Positions 19,693-32,185 of a DNA stretch of 64,000 nt are shown in pieces (positions within the stretch are counted from its first letter, which is position 1; every line of letters starts with the position of its first letter). The notes under the pieces were generated by a model. It saw nothing but the letters and a program-made list of their open reading frames with translations. It was not told the DNA's origin and ran no database searches. This stretch comes from Spirochaetota bacterium (GTDB lineage: Bacteria > Spirochaetota > Spirochaetia > Treponematales > UBA12059). The position numbers and the translations under genes are program-made. The stretch lies in contig JAPLSN010000011.1 of the NCBI GenBank assembly GCA_026398615.1, forward strand, positions 12,577 to 76,576, written 5' to 3'.

Positions 19693-20961
19693 TCACCGCG
19701 CCAGGAATGCTTCCCAGCTGCGCATCGCCCCGTCGACCGCGACGCGCGCCGACGCGATGACCGCGGCATCGCCGGCCGCGCTGGCTGCCTCCCGAGCGGC
19801 GTCGAGCAGCCTGGCCTGGACGCCGTCGCGCATGCCCGCGAAGGGGTGATCCTCCGAACGCGCGGCGCCGCCGGCCCCGCGGGCGATCGCACGACGGGTT
19901 TCCCAGAGGCGGTACGGGGCCGTCGAGCCCTCCGCGTGGTCGTAGCCGGTCCAGAGCGGGAGGAAGGTCCCGCCGGCGAGCAGGATCGGGACGAATACCG
20001 AAAGGCAGGGATACGAAGCGCCCGTGAACCACACGATCGCGGAAGCGGGGCAGCCCGGGGGGAGGTACTCGACGACCATGCTCGCGGTCGTGGAGCTCTT
20101 GACCGGAAAGCCCGCCTCGTGGAGACAGGGCGCGGCCATGCCGGCCCGGCCGGGGCCACGGGCATCCTTCCCATGCGAGCGGAGGGCGGCGATGACGGTC
20201 TCGAACCCGACCGCCGGCTCGGCCGCACGGAGGGTCGCGGCGGTACAGGCGCGGCGCAGTTCGCCCTTCGTGAACGCCAGGTAGAACCGGTCCTCGACAT
20301 GAGCCTTCCAGGATCCCCTGCAGCCGGGATCGCTGCCGCCCGAAGCGGTCGCGCGCGCGTCTCCCTGAGCCAGTTCCGCGAGGGTGCACGCGTCCAGGCG
20401 CTCGTGGTCATCCGCGATGGAATAGGCATTCGAAATGGTCGCGATGGAGCGGGTCGACCGCCATGCCCAGCGGCGGTCCGCGGTCTCGAGCACGAATCCT
20501 TCGCCGGGGCTCGCCACGATGAAGGAGTTCGAGTAGACGAGACTGCCCTTGTATGCCCCGTTCCCGCCCTGGCTTTCCCGTTCCACGAACGAGCACAGGA
20601 AGTCCCGGGCTTCGGCGGCGGTCTCCGCGTGCGCCAGCGCGGCCCGGAGGAGGTCCATGCCGAGCACCCCGTCCTTCCTCGCCTTGAAGCGGGAGAAGAC
20701 GGCCTCGTTCCCGATCGCGACACCCCGCTCGTTGACGCCCATCTCGCCGCCTTCCATCCAGGAGGGCTTGGACAGGACGAACGAGAACCCCCGGTCGGGG
20801 ACGCCGAAGGTCCTGCCCGAGACGTGGACGACGGGCGCAGTCGGGCGGCACGGAACGATGCAGAGGGCCTGCGGCTCGTCGGGATGCCGGTCGGAATTCT
20901 TGGCGAACCAGGCCCGTTCGCCGCCGGTCGCGGCGGGGCCCGCGTAGAGAGTGTCACACAT
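19693..20961 (-). CDS. Secernin / peptidase C69-like Ntn hydrolase
   Basis: N-terminal MCDT, AKNSDR.P.EPQ, GGEMGVNERGVAIGNEAV, LGMDLLR; GGAGG SD. Confidence 0.88.
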   Translation of the reverse strand: MCDTLYAGPAATGGERAWFAKNSDRHPDEPQALCIVPCRPTAPVVHVSGRTFGVPDRGFSFVLSKPSWMEGGEMGVNERGVAIGNEAVFSRFKARKDGVLGMDLLRAALAHAETAAEARDFLCSFVERESQGGNGAYKGSLVYSNSFIVASPGEGFVLETADRRWAWRSTRSIATISNAYSIADDHERLDACTLAELAQGDARATASGGSDPGCRGSWKAHVEDRFYLAFTKGELRRACTAATLRAAEPAVGFETVIAALRSHGKDARGPGRAGMAAPCLHEAGFPVKSSTTASMVVEYLPPGCPASAIVWFTGASYPCLSVFVPILLAGGTFLPLWTGYDHAEGSTAPYRLWETRRAIARGAGGAARSEDHPFAGMRDGVQARLLDAAREAASAAGDAAVIASARVAVDGAMRSWEAFLAR

Positions 20962-21137
20962 CGATATCCTCCTTTGGATTTCCCCGGACGGGGCCATGCA
21001 TGGGATCGGTTTCCATGTCCCCAAGCATACCGCCATGCGGCGGCCGGTTCCATGGCCGGAGACGGCTGTCGGGAACCGGGTCGGCGCGATGCCGGGCTCA
21101 CGCCATGTCGCGCGACGGCCTTACCGCACCGGCGCCC

Positions 21138-21171
21138 AAAAAAAACGGGGCCGCCCCGAAGGACGGCCCCG
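21138..21171 (-). terminator. Intrinsic terminator after nifJ
   Basis: cggggccg/cggccccg stem with an 8-A run (U-tail on minus). Confidence 0.85.
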
Positions 21172-21194
21172 CGATGCAGGCTGCCGGTGCAGCC

Positions 21195-24758
<3,564 letters not shown>

Positions 24759-25103
24759 ATCTGTTCCCTCATTGAAAAAAGCTGGTGGAGCTGGTACCGG
24801 ACCGATGTCCGGCTTGCTTGACGGTGCAGGATGCAACGATGCGCGGAATATTTTATGGTTTTATCGATATTTATGCAAGCAATGAGTGCAGGTCTCCACG
24901 GCGAATTCGATGTTTTTTTATTGATTGGGAAACGGTTGCAGGGACGGGAACCGGCCGTCGGGAGCCCGATTCATCCTCCTGGAGGCGGAACGCGGGAATC
25001 CCGAGTGTACGATACCGGGGCGGCATGGTATACTTCGATCCGATCATGCGGCGGCACGGGCCGCCGCCGATCCGTACCCGAATTGTCGCAGGGAGTGCGC
25101 CCG

Positions 25104-27005
25104 ATGAAAAGCATACGGATGAGGATAATCGCGGCATTGGTCGGGGTTTCCATCACGACGAGCGTTCTCATGCAGGTTTTCCTGGGCATCTATTTCGAGA
25201 AGGATCTCGAAGCCACGATCTCCAGGCTGGGATACTTCGGCGTCGTCGTGCTCGCCCTCGAAGCGGCGGGATCGCTCTGGCTGGCCATCGCGCTCGACCC
25301 CTTCGCGCGCACGATAGCACGCGCCGCGTCGGGCGCCGCGATCGCCGACGCGGAGATGGCGGCGGCCAGGCGCTCGGCTTCCCGGGTCACCTCCATCATC
25401 GTCACCGTGGTCGTGGGCGGATTCCTCGTCGGTCCGATCGCCACCATCATCGTCAACACCGTCCTCGGGATCGACGTGCATACCGTCCCGGAAATCATCC
25501 TCCTCCTCTTCGTGAATGCGACCATCGGGGCGATGACCGCCCTCCAGATCATGTTCCTTGCCGACAACGTCCTGCAGAAACCGATCGAGTCCCTGAAATT
25601 CCGGGACGTCGACGCCCGCGAGAAAACCATGGGCATCCAGGGCAGGATCCTGATGACGGGCCTCGCCTCCACCACCCTCGCCGTCGCGTTGGTCGTCACG
25701 GCGGGATACGGGTACGTCGTCCACTTCAACGACAGCTTGAAGGGGGCCGACATATCCGTCGCGCGTTTCATGATCGAGATGGCGGTTCTCGGCTTCGCCG
25801 TCATCCTCTGGGGCGGGATCCTGATCACGACGGTTGCACGGAGCATCTCCCAGCGGATCCGCAGCGTCGAAACCCGCATCGCGAACATCGCGGAGGGCGG
25901 CGGCGACCTCACCCGCCGCGCCCGCATCGTGCGGAACGACGAAGTGGGCCGCCTCGCCGCGGTCTTCAACCGCTTCCTGAACAGCCTCCAGAGCCTCGTC
26001 GCGGGTACCGGCGGCCTGGCCCGCGACGTCCAGCTCTCGGCCTCTTCCCTCGCCGAGAGCGCCGAAAACGCGCGCGTCTCGGTTGACGACCTCGAGCGCT
26101 CCCTGGCCGGGGTCAGGAATTCGATCGAGCGGCAGAACGAGGTCGTCGGGACTACCGAAGGCGAGATAGCGCGGATGCTCGACTCCATCGAGCGGGTTGC
26201 CGAGCAGGTATCCACGCAGGCCGGCTACGTGGAACAGAGTTCCGCCGCCATTTCGCAGATGGCCGCCAACATCGGCAGCGTCGCGAAGACCGCGGACAAG
26301 GCCGACGAAGTCGCGCGCCGCCTGAAGGAAATGAGCGAGACCGGCGGCACGGCCCTTCGCGACAGCCTCTCGTCCATCGACGAGATTCAGACCGCTTCCC
26401 GGTCGATGCGGGACATCGTGGGCGTCATCTCCAAGATCGCGGCGCAGACGAACCTCCTGGCGATGAACGCGGCCATCGAGGCGGCCCACGCCGGCGCGGC
26501 GGGCGCGGGTTTCGCGGTGGTGGCCGACGAAGTGCGGTCCCTCGCCGAATCCGCGTCGCGGAGCGCCAAGGAAATCGTGGCGCTGATCGCCGGGATGGCG
26601 ACCAAGATCGAGCGCGGCTCCTCCCTCGCCGGGCGCGCGGGCACCGCATTCGACGGCATCCGCGAGGGCGTGGACCAGACGGGCGAACTTGTGCGGACCA
26701 TTGCCGCTTCCATGACCGAGCAGAAGGTCGGCGTCGGGGAAATCCTGTCCAGCACGGAGTCGCTCATCAGGGCGACGGAAACGATCAAGGACCAGGCCAC
26801 CGACCAGAAAGCCAAGTCGAAGGAAATGGAAAAGGCCATGTTCGCCATCGTGGACGCGTCCAACAGCATGTTCGAAGCCGTCGAAGAGGAGACCGGGAGC
26901 ACCCAGACCCTGGCGCGCATCGTTTCACTCGTCGGGGCCGAGGCGGAAAAAAACCGCGCGCGCGTGACCGAGCTCCAGGCCGCCGTCGAAAAGTTCAAGG
27001 TTTGA
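25104..27005 (+). CDS. Methyl-accepting chemotaxis protein with multi-TM N-terminus
   Basis: HAMP (GDLTRR..DEVG.L...FN) and IAAQTNLLAMNAAIEAAHAG..GFAVVADEVR. Confidence 0.93.
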   Translation: MKSIRMRIIAALVGVSITTSVLMQVFLGIYFEKDLEATISRLGYFGVVVLALEAAGSLWLAIALDPFARTIARAASGAAIADAEMAAARRSASRVTSIIVTVVVGGFLVGPIATIIVNTVLGIDVHTVPEIILLLFVNATIGAMTALQIMFLADNVLQKPIESLKFRDVDAREKTMGIQGRILMTGLASTTLAVALVVTAGYGYVVHFNDSLKGADISVARFMIEMAVLGFAVILWGGILITTVARSISQRIRSVETRIANIAEGGGDLTRRARIVRNDEVGRLAAVFNRFLNSLQSLVAGTGGLARDVQLSASSLAESAENARVSVDDLERSLAGVRNSIERQNEVVGTTEGEIARMLDSIERVAEQVSTQAGYVEQSSAAISQMAANIGSVAKTADKADEVARRLKEMSETGGTALRDSLSSIDEIQTASRSMRDIVGVISKIAAQTNLLAMNAAIEAAHAGAAGAGFAVVADEVRSLAESASRSAKEIVALIAGMATKIERGSSLAGRAGTAFDGIREGVDQTGELVRTIAASMTEQKVGVGEILSSTESLIRATETIKDQATDQKAKSKEMEKAMFAIVDASNSMFEAVEEETGSTQTLARIVSLVGAEAEKNRARVTELQAAVEKFKV

Positions 27006-27051
27006 CCCGGGCGCGAGCCTGAAGCAGCCACGAACGCCGGAGGAGGCCGTT

Positions 27052-27918
27052 GTGAACCGGATTACCGCGATTCGCAGACTGTCCGATGAAGTCTACCGCA
27101 TGGAGATCGAGGCGCCGGATGTTGCGCGGGAACGCAAGGCGGGCCAGTTCGTCATCGTGCAGACCGACCTCGAATGGGGCGAGCGGATACCGCTCACCAT
27201 CGCCGACGCCGATCCTTCGAAGGGCACCATCGCGCTGATCTTCCAGACCGTGGGCGCGTCCACCCACAGGCTCGCGGCCAAGGCCGTCGGCGACGCCGTG
27301 GCGGTGCTCGGCCCCTTGGGCAATCCCACCCGTGTCTGGAAGGTCGGCACCGCCGTGTGCGTGGGCGGAGGCATCGGGGCCGCCCCGCTCCACCCGATCG
27401 CGCAGGCGCTCAAGGCCGCCGGCAACCGGCTCGTGACGATCATCGGCGCGCGCACGAAGAGCCTCCTCGTCATGGAGGACGAGATGCGCGCCATCGCCGA
27501 CGAACTCATCGTCGTCACCGACGACGGCAGCTACGGGCGCAAGGCCCTCGTGACGGAACCGCTCAAGGAGCTCTGCTCTCTCCCGGAGAAGCCGGGCATC
27601 GTCGTGGCCATCGGGCCTGCGATCATGATGAAATTCTGCGCCGAAACCACGCGGCCCTTCGGCGTGAAGACGATCGTCTCCCTCAACACGATCATGATCG
27701 ACGGGACGGGCATGTGCGGCGGCTGCCGCGTCTCGGTCGGTGGCGAGACGAAATTCGTCTGCGTCGACGGCCCCGAATTCGACGGCCACCTCGTGGATTT
27801 CGACGGCATGATGCGGCGGCTCCGCGCGTACAGGGACCAGGAGGACGCGGCCCACGAAAAGTGCCACCTCGAGCTGAAGCTGGCGGAACTCGAAGCCGGC
27901 AGGGGAAGCACCCGTTGA
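27052..27918 (+). CDS. nfnA: NfnAB transhydrogenase small subunit (SudB/PyrK-like)
   Basis: GQFVIV, ERIPLTIAD, GPLGNP, GGGIG, DGTGMCGGCRV..CVDGPEF. Confidence 0.9.
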   Translation: MNRITAIRRLSDEVYRMEIEAPDVARERKAGQFVIVQTDLEWGERIPLTIADADPSKGTIALIFQTVGASTHRLAAKAVGDAVAVLGPLGNPTRVWKVGTAVCVGGGIGAAPLHPIAQALKAAGNRLVTIIGARTKSLLVMEDEMRAIADELIVVTDDGSYGRKALVTEPLKELCSLPEKPGIVVAIGPAIMMKFCAETTRPFGVKTIVSLNTIMIDGTGMCGGCRVSVGGETKFVCVDGPEFDGHLVDFDGMMRRLRAYRDQEDAAHEKCHLELKLAELEAGRGSTR

Positions 27919-29396
27919 CGCTGACCAGGGACGTCCTCTACCCGGCCGCCGCGGCCGAACTCGCCCGCATCGACGGAAAACCCCTGAGCAACAAGGAACG
28001 GCTCGCCATCCCCCACCAGGAAATGCCCTGCCAGGCCCCCGAAGAACGCGCCTGCAACATGCGGGAAGTCGCGCTCGGATATTCGGCGGAACAGGCGCGC
28101 GTGGAGGCGGCGCGCTGCCTGCAGTGCCGGAACGCGCCCTGCGTGGCCGGCTGCCCGGTTCTTGTGGACATACCCCTCTTCATCGGGAAGATGCGGGACG
28201 GCGATTTCGCGGGAGCGGCCGCGGTCATCATGAAGACGAACCTCCTGCCCGCGGTATGCGGACGCGTCTGCCCGCAGGAAAAGCAGTGCCAGCTCCCCTG
28301 CACCGTCGGCAAGGCGCTCGGCGGCGTGGAAAAAGCCGTGCAGATCGGGCGCCTGGAGCGCTTCGCGGCCGACTTCGCGCGCGAGGGGCGCCTCGTTCCC
28401 CCGCCGGCCATGAAACCGCCTTCGGGCAAGCGCGTCGCCGTGGTGGGTTCGGGCCCCGCCGGGCTCACCGTCGCCGCGGACCTCCGCAGGGAAGGCCACG
28501 ACGTGGTGGTGTACGAAGCCTTCCAGAAGCCCGGCGGCGTGATGGTCTACGGTATACCGGAATTCCGGCTTCCGAAGGAGATCGTCCGTTTCGAAGTTTC
28601 GGCACTCGAAAAGATGGGCGTGCGGATAGAGACGAACTTCCTCGTGGGTCGCACGCGCAGGCTCAAGGACCTCCTCGACGGCGACGGGTTCGACGCGGTC
28701 TTCATCGGGTCGGGCGCGGGGCTTCCCAAGTTCATGGACATGCCCGGGGAGAACCTCGTCGGGGTCTTCAGCGCGAACGAGTACCTGACCCGGACCAACC
28801 TCATGAAAGCCTGGGACCGCGAACGTGCCCTCACGCCGATATTCCCGTCCAGACGGGTCGCCGTGCTCGGGGGCGGCAATGTCGCCATGGACTCCGCGCG
28901 CATGGCCCTGAGGCTCGGCGCCGGGGAAGTCCGCGTGCTGTACCGCCGCACCCGCGAGGAAATGCCGGCCAGGACGGAGGAAATCGACCACGCCATGGAG
29001 GAAGGGATCTTCTTCGACTTCCTCTCGAGCCCGACCCGCGTGCTTCCCGACGGCGACGGCAAGGTCCGCGCTCTCGAAGTGAAGAACTACCGCCTGGGCG
29101 AACCGGACGCCTCCGGCCGACGGAGCCCGGTCGGCATCGAGGGCAGCGAGCACGAAGCGGCCTTCGACACCGTGATCGTGGCCATCGGCAACGAGTCCAA
29201 CCCGCTCCTCGCGCGGACGACCGAGGAACTCGTCGTCGACCGCCGGGGCCACATCATCGTGGACGAAAAGCAGAAGACCTCGATGGAAAGGGTCTACGCC
29301 GGGGGCGACATCGTCCTCGGCGCCGCCACGGTCATCCTGGCCATGGGCGAAGGCCGCCGCGCCGCCGCCGCCATCAACGAGCTGCTCTCGAAATAA
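27915..29396 (+). CDS. nfnB: NfnAB transhydrogenase large subunit (GltD-like)
   Basis: RCLQC..PCVAGCP, CGRVCPQEKQC, GSGPAGL, GGGNVAMD, GAATVILAMG; TTG start overlapping the nfnA stop. Confidence 0.9.
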   Translation: MTLTRDVLYPAAAAELARIDGKPLSNKERLAIPHQEMPCQAPEERACNMREVALGYSAEQARVEAARCLQCRNAPCVAGCPVLVDIPLFIGKMRDGDFAGAAAVIMKTNLLPAVCGRVCPQEKQCQLPCTVGKALGGVEKAVQIGRLERFAADFAREGRLVPPPAMKPPSGKRVAVVGSGPAGLTVAADLRREGHDVVVYEAFQKPGGVMVYGIPEFRLPKEIVRFEVSALEKMGVRIETNFLVGRTRRLKDLLDGDGFDAVFIGSGAGLPKFMDMPGENLVGVFSANEYLTRTNLMKAWDRERALTPIFPSRRVAVLGGGNVAMDSARMALRLGAGEVRVLYRRTREEMPARTEEIDHAMEEGIFFDFLSSPTRVLPDGDGKVRALEVKNYRLGEPDASGRRSPVGIEGSEHEAAFDTVIVAIGNESNPLLARTTEELVVDRRGHIIVDEKQKTSMERVYAGGDIVLGAATVILAMGEGRRAAAAINELLSK

Positions 29397-29401
29397 GAAT
29401 A

Positions 29402-29550
29402 CCGTGGACGAAAACCACGGAAGCACGGGACACGGAGATGGAAAAAACAAAACACGGAAAATGCCGGAAAATGGAAAAAGCCGATTCCCCGTTTCATTCA
29501 TGCTTCCGTTTCCCTCCGTGCCTCCGTGTTTCCGTGGTTCCATTTCACGG
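29402..29550. repeat. Imperfect inverted repeat built of CACGGA-type units
   Basis: aaccacggaagcacgggacacggag pairs with ctccgtgcctccgtgtttccgtggtt. Confidence 0.75.
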
Positions 29551-29929
29551 GAAAGCGGATTGCGCTGCAAGTCTCGCGTCAGAGCGTGAAGGTCAGGCCG
29601 TCCACGGGGAGACCCGGGAGCGGGTCGCGGCCAGGGCCAGCACCGCGGCGCGGGCGGCTTCCGGGAGGCGGCGCATGTCGTCGGGCATCTGCGGCTCCTT
29701 GTCGTCGGGATATCCGGGAAACCCGGTTCCGGATGTCGTTCGTCCGTATCGCCGAGTGTAACACGGGATCGCGCCCGGCGCCCGTTTCCCCGGCGATCCG
29801 GATCGCTTGCAATGCGGCATTCCACTCGGATACCTTACATGGAGGAACGATGCCCGAGGCAAGCCGACCCGCAAACTGCGTCACCCGTCCATGCCGGTCG
29901 CTCGGTCGCTCGGACTGTCGGAGGCATTC

Positions 29930-31015
29930 ATGAAAAAGTCTTCCTGGACCGGTCATGCATGGATCCTGGCGGCGGCGCTGCTTTCGGCCGCATCGTGCAC
30001 TCCGACGGGAGATATCGTCATCGGGTTCGCCGCCAGCCTTTCCGGAAAGGACGCGGCGCTGGGTGTCGACGGGCGCAACGCCGCCGAGCTGTACGTCAGG
30101 CAGATCAATGCGGGCGGCGGCATCGGAGGCAGGAAGATCAAGCTCGTCGCGAAGGATTTCCGGAGCGACGATGCCAGGATCGTGCCCTCGGACGAAGAGC
30201 TGCTCCGCGATGGCGCCGTCGCCATCGTCGGGCATTTCACGAGCGCCGCGGTCAATGCCGCGCTGGAATTCGCGAACCGGGAAAAGATCACGCTCGTGAG
30301 CCCTGCGGCCACATCGACGGATCTCTCGGGAAAAGACGACCTTTTCTTCAGGACGATCATGAGTTCCGCCAAGGACCCGGTATTCCTCGCCGGCCACATG
30401 CGATCCAGAGGCGCGACATCCCTCCTGATCATCAAGTCATCCTCGAACCGGTCGTACACCGCGACGTATGCCGACCACATGAGGACGGCGATGAACGTGG
30501 TCGCCGAAATCGAATACGGGGACGCGAAGGCCATCGATTTCGGGCGGATAGCGGCCATACCGAAGATCGACGCCATCCTCGTCATCGCGAATTCGATCGA
30601 TACGGGTACGATCGCCCAGGCGCTGAAGATCCGTGGCATCCGCAAACCCCATTACCTGAGCGGCTGGGCCGGCGACGACACGCTCATCGAGTACGGGGGC
30701 GAGGCCGTCGAGGGAGCCATCTTCGTCCACCAGATCGACAACACGAACGAGAGCCTCGGCGGATTCATCGATGACTACCGGGCCGTCTACGGCGTTCCGC
30801 CGAGCTTCGCGGCCATAGAGACCTGAGACGCGATGTGCCTCGTTCGCGACGTGCTCAAGGAAGGCGGAGGCACGGGGCGCGCCACCTTCCACGACATCAT
30901 CCGGAAGATCCGGTCCTTCAAAAGCCCGTCAGGCGAGATCCGCATGGACCGGTTCGGTGACGCCGAACGCACGCTGTATTTCAAGAAGGTGTCCGGCGGC
31001 CGGATCGTCGTGCTC
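29930..31015 (+). pseudogene. LivJ-like ABC substrate-binding lipoprotein, interrupted by an in-frame TGA
   Basis: AASC lipobox-like, INAGGGIGGRKI, VGHFTS. TGA at 30824-30826 where [YW]DA is expected; homologous sequence continues (SPSGEIRMDRFGD). Confidence 0.75.
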
Positions 31016-31969
31016 GGTCTTCGAGACCGCCGGCAGCGCGATGTTCATCATCGACGCGGAAGATTCCCTCGTGCTGGAAGCCAACAACCACGCCCTGCGC
31101 CTGTTCGGCTACCCGAAGGAGGAGTTCCTGCGCCTGCGCGAAGCCGACCTCATGGCGCCGGCCCGGGATCCGGGCATCGGCGACGGACCGGGCCCCGCCA
31201 TGAACTGCCGTCGTAAGGACGGCTCTACCTTCCCCGCGGAGACCGAGGTGGCCGGCACCTCGGTGGGCGGGCGCCCGGTATGCGTCCGCAGCGTCCGCGA
31301 CGTCACGTACAAGAAGGAAGCTGAAAACCGCCTGCTTCTGAACCTCGCCGAGAGGAAGTCCTGCTCAGGGAAATCCACCACCGCGTCAAGAACAACCTCC
31401 AGCTCGTCATCAGCCTGCTCTCCCTGCAGTCGAACGACATCGAGGACGAAGCCCAGAAGAAGTCGTTCTCGGACTCGATGGACCGCATCCAGGTGATGTC
31501 GATGATCCACGAGATGCTCTACGAATCCAGCAACCTGTCGAACATCGATTTCTCGGAGTACGCGCGCGCGATCTCGGAGTCCCTCGTGACGACCTACTCG
31601 AACAGCCGGATCATCCCGCGGCTGAGCTTCGACCTGGAACCGGTCCGGTTCGGCATCGATACCGCCATATCCTGCGGCCTCATCGTGAACGAAGTCCTCA
31701 CCAATTCGTTCAAGTACGCGTTTTCCGGGGAATGCCCGCCGCACGACCCGACGCTTTCCGTCGGCGTCAGGCGTTCCGCCGACGGCGTCGTCGCAATCGC
31801 CATTTTCGACAACGGCAAGGGCATACCCGAATCCGTCGACCCCGCGACTGCGACGACGCTCGGGCTCCAGCTCGTCGTCATGCTCACCCGCCAGATCGAC
31901 GGGGAATGGGAACTGGGGCGCGACGGCGGCACGCGTTGGACGAGACGCTTCAATCCGCAAACCCGCTGA
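31014..31969 (+). pseudogene. PAS + HisKA_2-type histidine kinase, N-terminally truncated and frameshifted
   Basis: PAS (FETAGSAMFIID..ANNHALRLFGY..RKDGSTFP) in one frame; REIHHRVKNNLQ, NEVLTNSFKYAF, DNGKG, LGLQLV in another; shift near 31353. Confidence 0.8.
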
Positions 31970-32185
31970 ACGCAAGCCCCGGCGGCACCGTCATTCTTTC
32001 ATCAGCCTTCTCTGCTCATCGGAGAACGCTGCCTTGGCGGGCGCGACGGCCGGGACTCCGGCCACTGTACAACGGGGCTCGATCCAGGCTACATTCATGC
32101 AAGGTTCGTCCGCCAAGGCAGCGGGCGGTTTCGCATTTTCCCCGACCCGGCGCAGCAGCGCGCCGTGCACCCCGGAGTCACGCAC

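Noticed and set aside
17448-21101. 1217-aa ORF as a giant PanB fusion
   Set aside because: The upstream 928 codons are Arg/Pro-rich off-frame read-through of two real genes; panB has its own SD at 18317.
27915-29396. Glutamate synthase small subunit (gltD)
   Set aside because: No gltB nearby; pairing with a SudB/PyrK-like gene fits NfnAB better.
30824-30826. Selenocysteine or genetic-code reassignment of TGA
   Set aside because: The position corresponds to Tyr/Trp rather than Cys, TGA terminates many genes here, and adjacent lesions indicate decay.
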